From positions 1,018 to 65,017 of IMG/VR virus record IMGVR_UViG_3300027743_000030: a stretch of DNA of 64,000 nt; one strand, given 5' to 3'. This document shows, in pieces, positions 46,062-56,487 of this stretch (the stretch's first letter is position 1; every line of letters begins with the position of its first letter). The translations under genes and the position numbers were made by a program. The notes under the pieces were generated by a model. It was not told the origin of the DNA. It searched no databases and was given only the letters and a program-made list of their open reading frames with translations. Source of the DNA: a virus. Taxonomy: Duplodnaviria > Caudoviricetes.

Positions 46062-47180
46062 TCAGCCCACGCTCCCCGAGATCGGAGACGACATGAAGCT
46101 GCCGCTACCGGCCGCGCCGCCCTCATCGCCGCCGCCGCCCTCATCGTCGCCAAAGGTGTCCTTCGGTTTCAACGTGAGCGTGGCAAAGCGCGTGTCCTTG
46201 TCCAGCTCGAAGGTGACCGTGCTGATCTGCAGGTTGTCGGCGACGCCATCGACGGGGATAACCACCATGTGCATCTTGCCGACCTTCCACAGCTGACCGC
46301 CGTCGTCGCTCCACGTTGACATGGTGAGCTGCACATCCAGGCCGTCGCCCTTGCGCCGTTTTGATTCGCCGACCGCGCGCTTTTTCAACGTCTGCTTGTC
46401 GTGGTCGCTGTCGATCAGCATGTGGAGGACACGCTTGTGCTTCACGTACTGATCCTTCGCCTCGCCCACCATTTCCTCGGCTTCCTTGCCGTACTTTTTA
46501 TCGGTCGGGATCGCGTTGCCCTTAGCCTTGACCTCCGAATAGCGCGGGGACATGTCGCGCTTGACCGACCACTGGTAAAAGTTCTGCCCCAGGATCAGCG
46601 GCTGGCCGCTGCCTTCGTCGCTGCCTTTCTTGGACAGCACCGTGTTACCCTGCTCGTTCTCGGTGAAGGTCAGATTAAACTCGCGGCAAGCGCGACGCAT
46701 GGCGCGCTCCACCGACTCGCCCTCCTGCAGAATGAACCGTTCCAGCTGCCGGCTTTCGCCCGACTTGTCCTCCAACTTTGTCTCATAGCCTTCCATCAGT
46801 TTCTTACTGATCTTGCCCGGCGACTTCTTGTTCTCCTGGCCGCTGGGATGATCGGCGTGGCTGTCCACGATCGAGGATGCCAGCCCACGGAATGAGATGT
46901 CGAGGCGGTAGGAATTCTCGTCGCCGTGCGACGTGCGGCTGTCAACGCGGAACGTGCAGGCGAGCTGGCCGTCCAGCATCAGCACGCCTTTCACGCCGTC
47001 CATGATCTCTTGCACCGGCCCGGATGTGGCGCTCATCATTTCCGCGCCGGGCCATGCCAGAGTTACGTTGCCGCTGGAGGTGGCGTCTTCCTTGTCACGC
47101 TTGAACGTGAGCTTGAGGAAGTTGCCGAAGTTGCCCCCGGCAATGCTGATGAAACACGATCCGAATTCCTCATTAGCCAT
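46062..47180 (-). CDS. Baseplate hub (Mu gpP-like)
   Basis: Q.GES....R, LILG.N, RYSEV...G, G.LW..G. Confidence 0.85.
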   Translation of the reverse strand: MANEEFGSCFISIAGGNFGNFLKLTFKRDKEDATSSGNVTLAWPGAEMMSATSGPVQEIMDGVKGVLMLDGQLACTFRVDSRTSHGDENSYRLDISFRGLASSIVDSHADHPSGQENKKSPGKISKKLMEGYETKLEDKSGESRQLERFILQEGESVERAMRRACREFNLTFTENEQGNTVLSKKGSDEGSGQPLILGQNFYQWSVKRDMSPRYSEVKAKGNAIPTDKKYGKEAEEMVGEAKDQYVKHKRVLHMLIDSDHDKQTLKKRAVGESKRRKGDGLDVQLTMSTWSDDGGQLWKVGKMHMVVIPVDGVADNLQISTVTFELDKDTRFATLTLKPKDTFGDDEGGGGDEGGAAGSGSFMSSPISGSVG

Positions 47181-47182
47181 GC

Positions 47183-48436
47183 TCAACTCGCAGGGGCGAT
47201 GATCTCGTGGCCGATCCAGAACGGCGACATATGGGCGTTATAGGCTTCGACTTGCGCCAGCCGCCGGCCATCGGCGTAGAGTTTGTGCGACACCAGCACG
47301 GACGGCCATTGACCGTGGACCTCGCGCTTGACGATGCCGGGCAGGCGAATGTTTTTCAGCAGGATCGAACGTGCGGCTTCGGCACGCGCCGCGCGGATGG
47401 CGGTGGAGAGCACGTCATAACAAACCTGCGAGGCCAGCTGCTCCTCGTCGTCATAGACCGCCATCACGAAGTCGAGGGCGAGAATGGCTTCCGAGACGGT
47501 TTGGTAGGTGGTCTGTGCTGCCGTCAAAGCATAGTCGCGAATGAGCGACAGCCGTGCGGCGACGATCAGGCTTTCCACGCTCGGCGTGCCATCCGACTGC
47601 GCCACCACGAAGGCGTTAAAGCCGTGCAGCTTTTTGAGCGCGTCGAGATGCAGCCGCCGGATGGTGGCAGTGCCCTCCGCAATCGGTGCGACCACATCGT
47701 CAAAATGGATGTAGCCGGCGCGTGTGCCGGTGACTTCGAAGGTGGCCGTGCTGTTGTCCGGCGTCTGCGCAAAGGCGAACGGCGACGGGATCGTGATCGG
47801 TTGCCGCGCTTGCAGAGTCTCGATCGTGACTGACGGCAGCGGCATGGCGCGGCCTTCGAGCACTGAGATCACGTCAAAGGACTCTTCGTCGCTCGCCGGT
47901 GCGACCAAACCGGCAAGATTGAGATCGATGGCGCGGGCCGCCTCGACCGCGTTGACATTCGGTTGCCAGATGGCGCGCAACGACACCGCGTCGATCGCCG
48001 CCGTGCCCGATGTGTACATGTTGGTGACTGACGAGCCGAGCTTGTACGGAGCCATGCTGGCGTTGGCTTCGACAAAATCGAAGTCCAGCTTCGTGCGCTT
48101 GATGTCCCTGCGATAATCGGCCGCGATTTTCAGCGTGACGCAGGCGACTTGCTGGCCACCAAACATGGGGTGCATCAGCGTGCCGGGCTGCGGGGACTCG
48201 GCCGCGCGCGCCATGCGGTTCGACTGCTCGACCTGATCGCTGCCGATCAAATAGCCGGTAACGTGGAAGCGTCTGATCTTGCGGCCCAGGTCTTTGTAGC
48301 CGGTGTCTTCCGACAGCGGATATTCATACTGATCGCCGCGTCGTCCGAATTCATCGTCGGTCGTCTCGCATAGAAACGGCACGCCCTTCCACGAGGCGTC
48401 GTTGTAAGTGGGGACTACACAGCCCGGCGCTGCCAT
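47183..48436 (-). CDS. Mu gpN-like DNA circularization protein
   Basis: ASWKGVPF, GRR...EYP, DLGR..R, PG.L.HP.FG; C-terminal LY.D..R...N. Confidence 0.9.
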   Translation of the reverse strand: MAAPGCVVPTYNDASWKGVPFLCETTDDEFGRRGDQYEYPLSEDTGYKDLGRKIRRFHVTGYLIGSDQVEQSNRMARAAESPQPGTLMHPMFGGQQVACVTLKIAADYRRDIKRTKLDFDFVEANASMAPYKLGSSVTNMYTSGTAAIDAVSLRAIWQPNVNAVEAARAIDLNLAGLVAPASDEESFDVISVLEGRAMPLPSVTIETLQARQPITIPSPFAFAQTPDNSTATFEVTGTRAGYIHFDDVVAPIAEGTATIRRLHLDALKKLHGFNAFVVAQSDGTPSVESLIVAARLSLIRDYALTAAQTTYQTVSEAILALDFVMAVYDDEEQLASQVCYDVLSTAIRAARAEAARSILLKNIRLPGIVKREVHGQWPSVLVSHKLYADGRRLAQVEAYNAHMSPFWIGHEIIAPAS

Positions 48437-48445
48437 GACCTATCC

Positions 48446-50923
48446 TCAATTGTGCCCAGCGCCCGAAGGCTTATCGGTGCCGACGCCCGGCGGCGTACCG
48501 CGACTGCCGGGAGCGGCGACTGCGCCGGGAACGTTGACGTTCACCGTGGCCTTGCTGATCGCAGCCGCAGCTGCCGCGCCGATCGCACCGCCGATCTGGC
48601 CGGGATTGATCGCACCGGCGAATGCCTTGCCGCCGGACGATCCGGCTTCGCTGATGCCTGCCTTCGCTGCGTTGCTGAATGCGTTGCCGCCAGAGGTGCC
48701 GGCGGTGGTCACACCGGACTGCACGCCGCTGGAGAACGCGGCAGCGGCATTGGTGGCGGCGGTTTGCAGATCGGTCGATGGCGCAACGGCCGGTTTCATT
48801 GCTGGCGGCTTGCCGCCGATCGGCTTCCCCTCGGTGTCCACGCGCACATTGCCCGGCGGTTGCGTCGATATCGGTGCCGGCGTCATTCGCGAGGTTACAG
48901 TTGCGGTGTCGGCGTTGACCGTGACTGCCGGCGGTTTGATTACCGGCGGAACGCCACTAAAGCGTTCATCGAATGTCGCCGCTTTCGGTCGCCCAAAATA
49001 CGCTCCCTCGCCTTCCTTCTCTATCAAACGTTGACGTTCCCGCTCGGCGTGCTGTCTGTCGGCTTCTTCCTCCTCTGGCGTTTTTGGTTGGTCGACAAGC
49101 CCCAGCTTCCTTAGATTTGCCTTCACCGATTCCCAGAATACCTTCATGTCCTTTTGAACGAATTCGAGCAGTTGCGCCGAACCTTCGCCCGATGTCATGC
49201 CCGCAATTGCTTTGGACATCATGCCGTTGAACGCCGTTTGCAATTTGGCGACGATGGTCCCTGCGGTTTCATTCTCGATGTTGAAGCCTCCCAGCGCAGC
49301 ATTTATCTGCGACGTGATATTATTCACCCAACCCGAATCGATTTTACCGACGGTAATTTTTAACAGTTGCCCGCCAAGGCTGGCCAAGCGTCCAGCAAGT
49401 TCCGATATGCCCGGCCCGATTTCCAATGCCTTGGCGTTGAGTGCGCCCAATGCTTGATTGACGCCCGGCATGGCAAACGTGCCCATGCGGTCGAACGACT
49501 CCTTGAGTTGGCTGGCGAGTTGACCGCGCAACAAGATGTTCTCTTGCGCCTGTTGCAATTGCGTTTTTTCGTCGGCCAGTCCTGCGCCGTAGGCTTGCTG
49601 AATTTTCGCTTGGTTTTCGCGGTTCTGTACCAGCGCCTTTTTGCCGAAGGCAGCCGCTGTGGTGTAACCCTCCGGTAACAGCGCGACATCTTTCCAAAAT
49701 TGGTCGAGCTTCTCTTGTGCCTTCTTCTTGGCTTTCGGCGAGGGCGCGCCGGTGACCGCCTCTTCCAGTTCCTCGCGTTTGCCGGCGAGGATTTCGCCAA
49801 TGCCGTAGGCGTCGAGTTTCTTGCCCTCCTTTTCCGCCTTTTTAATCGCCTCTTGGCTGAGCCCCAAGCGGCCCATGATTCCTTTTTCACCGGCAATGCC
49901 GCGCTTGGCACGTTGAGCCGACAACAGTTTGGGGACGCCCTTCTCCAGTTGCTCGAAACTCTTGCCGAACACAGACTCGCCGGCCGCCTGCCGTGCTTCG
50001 ATCTCGTCCACCTCCCGGCGTTTTTTCATCGCCTTGCCGGTATTCTTGACCAGATCGTCGGCCTGGGCGTTGGCAGCCTTGAAGCCGGTCGCCATGACGC
50101 CCAACGCGGCGGCCAAAGGCGCGGCCGCGATCGCCGCAGTGCCGAGGCCGCGCCCAAGCAATCCGATCGTGCCGGCACCGGCTATGTCGCCCAGCCCGGT
50201 TGCCGCCGCTGTCTTGGACAGTGCAGCCGCAGCAAAATTGGCAAAGCCGCCACCTTTCGGCCCCTTCGGCGGCGGTCGTCCTGGCCCGCCGCCCACAGCC
50301 TTGGCTGCCGCCTGTGCCACGGCAGGCTTTGCAGCCAGTGCTGCGATGCCGGATGCCGCCTGCGCGGATGTGAGCCAGCCCATGGCCGCGCCGGTCGTGT
50401 AATCCTTCTTGGTAAGCGCCTTGCTCAGAGCCGGTGGAGCACCGTAGCGCGCGCGGGCTTGCTCGGCCGTGTCGCGGATAGTGCCGTGCCCTTGCATGCG
50501 GGCAATCAGCCTGTCCGTCAGGCCGGTCGGCCCCGGCTTCTGTACCGGATAAACTTCCTTCTTGCGCGCCAGCACCTTGTCGCGAGCAGCCTGCGCCCTC
50601 GCCAAGCCGGTCAGGTTGGAGCTGCTCTTTGCCAGTGCGGCTTGTTGTGCGACCAGCGGCGCGACGATCTTGGCGGTCTGTGTGACCTGCCCCTGCAGCG
50701 GCTTGAGCATGCGGCCGGTGACGGCCTGCGACGCCATCATCTGCGTCGCAGCGCGTTTCATGGCGACGTTCTGCGCCACCATCTGCGCAGGACCGCCAAG
50801 GCCGCCGATGTGTTTGCTGCCGCTCAGTCCTTGCAGCGCCTTGATCTGCGCCGCCAGTGCTCGGATTTTGCCTTCGCCCTCGACTGTGACGATCAGTCTG
50901 GCGGTGGAGGTAACGTCGGCCAT
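48446..50923 (-). CDS. Tape measure protein
   Basis: 825 aa Ala/Gly/Lys-rich, between chaperone and gpN-like gene. Confidence 0.8.
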   Translation of the reverse strand: MADVTSTARLIVTVEGEGKIRALAAQIKALQGLSGSKHIGGLGGPAQMVAQNVAMKRAATQMMASQAVTGRMLKPLQGQVTQTAKIVAPLVAQQAALAKSSSNLTGLARAQAARDKVLARKKEVYPVQKPGPTGLTDRLIARMQGHGTIRDTAEQARARYGAPPALSKALTKKDYTTGAAMGWLTSAQAASGIAALAAKPAVAQAAAKAVGGGPGRPPPKGPKGGGFANFAAAALSKTAAATGLGDIAGAGTIGLLGRGLGTAAIAAAPLAAALGVMATGFKAANAQADDLVKNTGKAMKKRREVDEIEARQAAGESVFGKSFEQLEKGVPKLLSAQRAKRGIAGEKGIMGRLGLSQEAIKKAEKEGKKLDAYGIGEILAGKREELEEAVTGAPSPKAKKKAQEKLDQFWKDVALLPEGYTTAAAFGKKALVQNRENQAKIQQAYGAGLADEKTQLQQAQENILLRGQLASQLKESFDRMGTFAMPGVNQALGALNAKALEIGPGISELAGRLASLGGQLLKITVGKIDSGWVNNITSQINAALGGFNIENETAGTIVAKLQTAFNGMMSKAIAGMTSGEGSAQLLEFVQKDMKVFWESVKANLRKLGLVDQPKTPEEEEADRQHAERERQRLIEKEGEGAYFGRPKAATFDERFSGVPPVIKPPAVTVNADTATVTSRMTPAPISTQPPGNVRVDTEGKPIGGKPPAMKPAVAPSTDLQTAATNAAAAFSSGVQSGVTTAGTSGGNAFSNAAKAGISEAGSSGGKAFAGAINPGQIGGAIGAAAAAAISKATVNVNVPGAVAAPGSRGTPPGVGTDKPSGAGHN

Positions 50924-50932
50924 TGATCACCC

Positions 50933-51693
50933 CTAGTAATCGTCAACGTCCGACTCTGTTGCGACCTCCGGTCTTGCCTCGCTGAGTAGCGCCACCATTC
51001 GCGCTAATCGTTTGATCGTTAAATGATCCCACGATCCAGGCGGCCAGTGGTGATTGAAGGCTATGATGTTGACGTTCTTTTCCACCTCTCGCGCGATGTC
51101 ACCAACTTTCCCATAATTTTTCTCCTGATCGCGTAGTAGTCCACGAAGTCTAGCGCGTTGATGATGGCATCGCTCATTGGCAGATTGGTGCCGAGCAGCT
51201 TGCCAAACAGCCGCATGAACAACGAGAACTCCTGCCGCTCGCCGTTGCTGTCCAGAAACTCTGACAGCTCGCCGAGCGTGCGCGCGGAGAACTCAATCTG
51301 ATGAACGACCTCGCCGTCGTCCTTGCCCGGTGTCAGGTGGATTGGATGCTGCAGCGTGTAAACGATCGGCGCATTCACGCCGTCGCCGTCAGCTTCCGCC
51401 AGATTGATATCGTCGGCCTCGCGTTGCAGCGAAGTCATTAAATCAATGACCTCGACCACGTCGCCCGACGACAGCTCGGACGCTTTGAACTCCTCGGGCT
51501 TGTCGCTACCGTTCAGGGCGCGGGCGTTGATCGCCACGAACGCCTCGATCCGTTTGGCGATCGTCGTATGGGTGAGACTGTCGAACAGCATCTTCGCTGT
51601 CGGCCGATAGAAAACAACCTCGTGGGCTTTGCTGCCGCTAAGGGTGGTGACATCCTGCAGTAACGGCAGCCGCGCATACTCTTGTTGAGCCAT
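50933..51693 (-). CDS. Tail assembly chaperone (51061-51693) with -1 frameshifted extension to 50933
   Basis: Slippery G GGA AAG at 51112-51106; -1 frame gives ...IAFNHHWPPGSWDHLTI... Confidence 0.8.
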
Positions 51694-51720
51694 AAATCCT
51701 CTGCTCGATCATCCCTTCCT

Positions 51721-52095
51721 CTATGCCGCCAGCGGCAGTAGTTCGATGATCTCGTCGGTGATCAGTGTCAGCTTTTGGGTGTTCTTTTTGGCGTCATACG
51801 CATCCTCCGCGATGTTGGATGCGTGCTCGGTGGAGAACGTGCGGCCGTCGCACAACTCGACCACCAGCGGGACGTTACAAATCTCTTGGAAGTAGCGGAC
51901 GTACATGTCGATCGGCACCACGACGGTTGCTTCAATCGTTGGGTTGCGATCTTCCAGCGTCCACTCGCCGTCATAGGCTTCGGTGCGGCGCTGATTGGTC
52001 ACGATCACGGTCACGTCGCCGTCCGATTGCAAGCGGATGGCGCGGCCCTGGATCGTGAAGTTGAGCACGCCCTTACATTTAATGCAGATCGCCAT
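51721..52095 (-). CDS. Tail tube protein
   Basis: 124 aa directly after sheath; VEL.DGR. Confidence 0.75.
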   Translation of the reverse strand: MAICIKCKGVLNFTIQGRAIRLQSDGDVTVIVTNQRRTEAYDGEWTLEDRNPTIEATVVVPIDMYVRYFQEICNVPLVVELCDGRTFSTEHASNIAEDAYDAKKNTQKLTLITDEIIELLPLAA

Positions 52096-52113
52096 GGTTT
52101 AAGCCCCTTGCGT

Positions 52114-53640
52114 TTAGACCGGCGGGATGCACGAGAACTCGGGTGCCACGTCAATGCTGGTGGCAATGCGGGCGAGCTGATTGACCAGATCAAGATCAAT
52201 CATGACGTTGACGCGGTTGGGGTCGCAATTGTTGAACGTGTTTGTCCGTTCAACGCGCACCATCTTTTCCAGCGTCTCGGATGTGGGCTCGGCGGTCCAG
52301 CCGAATTGCGTGCCGCGCATCCAGGCGATGATCGACGCCTGCAGAATGCGGGGCGTGATGGCGCGCTTGCCCTGCGGAATGCGGGTGCCGTCATTCATCA
52401 GCGAGACGGACGCATAGTTGTGGCGATACCAATTGCCGAGATCGCGCACGAACTTGACCGTGGTGTAGCGACTCTCGACGCGCTGCCACGCACCGTCCGG
52501 CGCGCCAGTGTTGGGATCATACTTGTAGGTGGTCAGCGGCTCCTCAATCCACAGCTGCGTGTTGCGCAAGCCGCGCGAGTTGGCCACGTCCCAATTCATG
52601 ATGCCAGCGTCATAGAAGGCGCGTTTCTCGGGCGTCGTCCACACCGTCGAGCACTGCCGCGAGTCGAACAGGAAGCCCAGGAAGCCGTTGTCATACTGCA
52701 CCGGCCGCGATGGATCGTAGCAAGCGGTGCAGCAGACGCGCGATGTGGTAGCCGCCGCCATCACGTATCCGGGGTACTTATAACCGGTGCGCACCGGCAC
52801 CACGACTTCCTCGGGATTGTTGCGATCGCGACCGTAGGCGGCGATGGTGCCTGCGCTGGCGGTCTTGCTGTGGAAGAGATGCCCGCCTTTGAAGTTGCCT
52901 TGCACGCCGCAGCGCCAGTTCTGCCGCACGAGCTGGATGAACGCCTCAATGGCGATCTCCTCCTCGGTGCCCAAGCAGATGCAATCCCACGGACAAGCCA
53001 TCGCCGGGATCGCCGTGGTGTACTCGACCACGCCTGCGCCTTCTACGCCGGCCGCCTCGGTGACGGTGACGCCCTCGGGGAAGTCATCGCCAAACTGCGG
53101 GTTCCATACCGGCACGAACCAGTTGGATTGCTGGCCCTTGTTCTTGGCGGTGAGAGTGACGACAGCAGCCGCGCTGGTGGCCGTGAACGGCAGCATGGTA
53201 TCGGCGTTGATGGCGGTGGTGAAGCCGAGCGCAACTTCATCGGCGGTCGCTCCGATGATCACGCCGACGTTGAAAATCTTATCGATCAGCGACCATGCCA
53301 GCACGCCGCTGTTGGTGCACGGCCCGGTAAAGGTCACCGTGTACGTGGCCGCCGTGCCAGCGGGAGGGTCTTCCAATGGAGCCACGTACAGCGGCAACTC
53401 GGGACAGGTATTGAAGTGCTGCTCGGCCATCAGCGAGAGCACTGAGCCGGCCCCGAACAACTCGACCGCCTCCATCACGGAATAAATGATGTAGAACTCG
53501 CCCGCCTCGGCGGTCCCATCGCTGGTCATTTGTGCGATATAGAGCGGCCGGCACAGCTCGGCGAGCGGCATGTAACCCGTGACGCACCAAGTGAGGAAAT
53601 TGCCGCGAGCCTGCGCCAGAGAGATGCGGTTCTGAGCCAT
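52114..53640 (-). CDS. Tail sheath protein (Mu gpL-like)
   Basis: A..LFG.GS.L..M, TLTAKNKG, TTY....G..D, TP, PNRV.V....DLVNQL. Confidence 0.92.
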   Translation of the reverse strand: MAQNRISLAQARGNFLTWCVTGYMPLAELCRPLYIAQMTSDGTAEAGEFYIIYSVMEAVELFGAGSVLSLMAEQHFNTCPELPLYVAPLEDPPAGTAATYTVTFTGPCTNSGVLAWSLIDKIFNVGVIIGATADEVALGFTTAINADTMLPFTATSAAAVVTLTAKNKGQQSNWFVPVWNPQFGDDFPEGVTVTEAAGVEGAGVVEYTTAIPAMACPWDCICLGTEEEIAIEAFIQLVRQNWRCGVQGNFKGGHLFHSKTASAGTIAAYGRDRNNPEEVVVPVRTGYKYPGYVMAAATTSRVCCTACYDPSRPVQYDNGFLGFLFDSRQCSTVWTTPEKRAFYDAGIMNWDVANSRGLRNTQLWIEEPLTTYKYDPNTGAPDGAWQRVESRYTTVKFVRDLGNWYRHNYASVSLMNDGTRIPQGKRAITPRILQASIIAWMRGTQFGWTAEPTSETLEKMVRVERTNTFNNCDPNRVNVMIDLDLVNQLARIATSIDVAPEFSCIPPV

Positions 53641-53713
53641 AGTCGGCCTCCCCAATCGATGCGGCAACCCGAAACGGTTGCGGCAAGTTACCGGAACTTA
53701 TGGGCGACGGCAA

Positions 53714-54148
53714 TCAGCTGCCGCTTTGCCGGTCCTCTTGCCGTCGCTCCTCCTGCCGCTGCGGATAGGCCGCTCGTGCCTGCGACTGCGGCTTGGGCTG
53801 ATCTTTCTGCTGCTTGTCATCCTCGCGCTTGCGGCGACCTTGCTGCCTGCCACCGAACTCGGCCGGCATCTTCCCCGGCTCCAAACCGGGCGTGACTTCG
53901 CTCTCAATCAGATCACCGGCCTTGATCGCCAGAACAAGGTTGGCGGTAAGCGGTGTCACCACGAAACGATCATGCGGAATGGGCATATCGTTGATGTCAT
54001 AGACCACGCGGGGCGATTCATAATCGTTCCCCTCCTTGTCCTGAAACGTGTCCGTGGCTGCTTTTACCGACAGCATAAGGGCCTCGGTTTCGGCCAGGGT
54101 TTCCTTGGTGGCGGGGCGCTGGTTCAGCGTCGGGGCGTTGCGAGCCAT
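53714..54148 (-). CDS. Hypothetical protein upstream of sheath
   Basis: SD AGGAG; 144 aa. Confidence 0.6.
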   Translation of the reverse strand: MARNAPTLNQRPATKETLAETEALMLSVKAATDTFQDKEGNDYESPRVVYDINDMPIPHDRFVVTPLTANLVLAIKAGDLIESEVTPGLEPGKMPAEFGGRQQGRRKREDDKQQKDQPKPQSQARAAYPQRQEERRQEDRQSGS

Positions 54149-54151
54149 GGG

Positions 54152-54868
54152 CTATCTCCTGCTGTTGGGGCGCGGCGCGCCGCCGAGATTGGGCCAGTAT
54201 GCACCCGGCGGCTCGGGTTCAGTCGCCGAATTGGGAGGGTCTAACACAAAAATGGTGGGATCGCCCGGCGCACACGGTGCGCAGGGATCGCACGGCGGCG
54301 GCCCGCAATCGTTGTGCAGCCTGATCTTTATGTCGCCCAGCTCGCTGCACTGCGGAGCTTGATCGCCGATCTCGGGCTCGCAATCGAACCTGATCTGCTC
54401 GAAGAAGACGAACACGAAGGCGACCTTGACCTGGGGAATCTGCGTGCCCTCGATCCGCATGCCGGCGTAACCGGTCGGCTTGTAGTGCTCATTCGGCCGC
54501 CAGTTCACCAGCGCATTGATCAGCTGCTTTTCCACCAGCTCGATATCGTCGGCCGCCATCCACTCGTTTTCGCTGCCGCGCCCGTCCAGCTGTGCCAGGA
54601 AGGTGATCGAGCGCGGATTGGTAATGTCCTCCGTCTCAATCTCATCGGCCTTGAGGGTCGGGATACGAACCACGGTGGGCACCACCAGCAGGTAGGGCGG
54701 CTTGAGCAGCGCCCAATGTTCCTGATCGAGCTGGCGCAGCACCAGCTTAATGTTGTCGCCAAAGATGGTGTTGGCGTTGCGCAGCCGGCGCACCACGGCG
54801 TTGAACAGGCTCTCGCTGTAGCCGAATTGAGCACGCAGGAGCGCAGCGGTGCTAGTCTGATCGTCCAC
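54152..54868 (-). CDS. Probable tail terminator/completion protein
   Basis: V.RLR...F, ALVNW.P; position; Cys/Pro-rich tail. Confidence 0.6.
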   Translation of the reverse strand: MDDQTSTAALLRAQFGYSESLFNAVVRRLRNANTIFGDNIKLVLRQLDQEHWALLKPPYLLVVPTVVRIPTLKADEIETEDITNPRSITFLAQLDGRGSENEWMAADDIELVEKQLINALVNWRPNEHYKPTGYAGMRIEGTQIPQVKVAFVFVFFEQIRFDCEPEIGDQAPQCSELGDIKIRLHNDCGPPPCDPCAPCAPGDPTIFVLDPPNSATEPEPPGAYWPNLGGAPRPNSRR

Positions 54869-55028
54869 GTTTCCGGTCCCGTTCCAAGTCCCGAATGATT
54901 AAAAGTTCGGGCATGTTCTGCGCCACCCATTCGAGCGCGCGTGCCTTGCGCTCGGCTTCGGCCTTGCGTTTCGTTTCCGCGTTGAGCTTGTCGGCGATCG
55001 GTTGCTGTTCTGGAGTGAGCTTTGCCAT
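54852..55028 (-). CDS. Small hypothetical protein (58 aa)
   Basis: SD GGAGGAGG, TAATG coupling; MAKLTPEQQP... Confidence 0.55.
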   Translation of the reverse strand: MAKLTPEQQPIADKLNAETKRKAEAERKARALEWVAQNMPELLIIRDLERDRKRGRSD

Positions 55029-55408
55029 TAGCCTCCTCCGGTAAACTTCACCGCTGATGCCAGCTCAGCCTTCTCGGGCCGCGCCGATAGCGACTCGTCC
55101 AGCGCGTCCGGCAGCATCTTGCGCGCTGCCATTTTGGATGTGCCCGTGGTCAGGTAGCCGGCATAATCGACCTCCGAGAACAGCTCGCCCTCGCGGCCGG
55201 ATGCCTGATAGTCGATTGACCCAATCAGCGCGCCGCTGATCACGCCCGGCCAAGCACCCGGCGCGGATGGCGATGCGCCGCTTGCGTTGCTGACGAAATG
55301 ATTGCGCGCATCGTTGAGCCGACCTTCAATCCAAGCGGTTATGATTGCCTCGTTGACCTCGCACTTCGGCGCGTTCTCTACCTTCACGTCAATGCGGATG
55401 GTGATCAT
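55028..55408 (-). CDS. HK97 gp10-like neck protein
   Basis: SAPG..P...SG.L..SI, YA.YL..GTSKMAAR. Confidence 0.8.
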   Translation of the reverse strand: MITIRIDVKVENAPKCEVNEAIITAWIEGRLNDARNHFVSNASGASPSAPGAWPGVISGALIGSIDYQASGREGELFSEVDYAGYLTTGTSKMAARKMLPDALDESLSARPEKAELASAVKFTGGG

Positions 55409-55905
55409 ATGCGATCCACCACATTCGGCAGCCCGCCGCCCATCGGCGAATCCCAGCTCGGCGGCGACTCTTGCGTGGCGGGATCGGTGCGCACGTCCAG
55501 TACCGTCTCGATCGAGCACAGCAGCACCAGAAACCGGCGCACGCCGCCCATGTCCTTGGTCATGCGCACGCGATACCAAGTCGCTGTGTACTTGTCGGCG
55601 TGATAGACCCAATGATTCATGTCGATCTTAACGTCGGGCGGCGTGCGGATGACGATCTCGTGGCTCGGCGGCTTAAGCTGCCCGCCGCCCTGGCCCTTGC
55701 CCAACCCCGGCCAGACCGCCTGATAGTCCAGTATCTGCGTGGCCTCCATCGGCCGCACGCGACCGTGAACGCGGATCACGCCCGGCCGATCGACGACCGT
55801 GGATACGTTATCGTCAGGACGCTCGATCGTGGTGCAGATCACAACCACGTCACGCAGATCGCCGATCTGCGGCACACTTTCGCGGCGTTGATCAATGCGC
55901 GGCAT
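55405..55905 (-). CDS. Head-tail adaptor / head closure protein
   Basis: IG.LR..V.I, H.I.IR, RFL.L.C. Confidence 0.75.
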   Translation of the reverse strand: MPRIDQRRESVPQIGDLRDVVVICTTIERPDDNVSTVVDRPGVIRVHGRVRPMEATQILDYQAVWPGLGKGQGGGQLKPPSHEIVIRTPPDVKIDMNHWVYHADKYTATWYRVRMTKDMGGVRRFLVLLCSIETVLDVRTDPATQESPPSWDSPMGGGLPNVVDRI

Positions 55906-55909
55906 GGCG

Positions 55910-56473
55910 TCACGCGATATAGGTCATGTGGGGCGCGAGGAAGCCTTTAGCCCCGCTGTTGGTCAGCACCTGATCGTCAATCTTTACGTCGCCCCGGTTC
56001 TCGACCATGTAGGCGAACAGCCGCGCCACCGCTTGCACGAACGATGGCGAGAACTGATCGCGGCAGGGATCGATCCGCTGGCCCACGTCGTAGACCGCCT
56101 GCAGGTAGCAGTAGCAGCATAGGCTCGGCGAGCAGCGCAGCTGCCAGCTCCAGTCGGAATTATGCGCGTAGGGATTGGGGAGATTGCGATGGCCAGTCAG
56201 AGTTGGTGCATTGGGCGGCAGCACAGCCACCAGCGCCCCATTCGAGTACAGCTTAACGTCGCTGGTCGGCTTGCCGGTCAGCGACACGGTGCCATCAGGG
56301 TTGACCGGCGCGATCTCATTGACTTGCCGCGCGGGGTAAACCAGCCCGATCGCCTCGCAGCACAGCTGCCACGCTGCCTCAAACCAGTGCCGGGTTAGGC
56401 GCTCGTCAAAAGCACCATCGGTCGCCGCGTGGAGCTTGGCGATCTCATAAGCCGCCTCGAAATGGTCATCCAT
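55910..56473 (-). CDS. Head-tail connector (gp6-like)
   Basis: AKLH, AA...CE, QAV.RL.AY..ENRGD. Confidence 0.75.
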   Translation of the reverse strand: MDDHFEAAYEIAKLHAATDGAFDERLTRHWFEAAWQLCCEAIGLVYPARQVNEIAPVNPDGTVSLTGKPTSDVKLYSNGALVAVLPPNAPTLTGHRNLPNPYAHNSDWSWQLRCSPSLCCYCYLQAVYDVGQRIDPCRDQFSPSFVQAVARLFAYMVENRGDVKIDDQVLTNSGAKGFLAPHMTYIA

Positions 56474-56487
56474 TCCACGACCATCGG

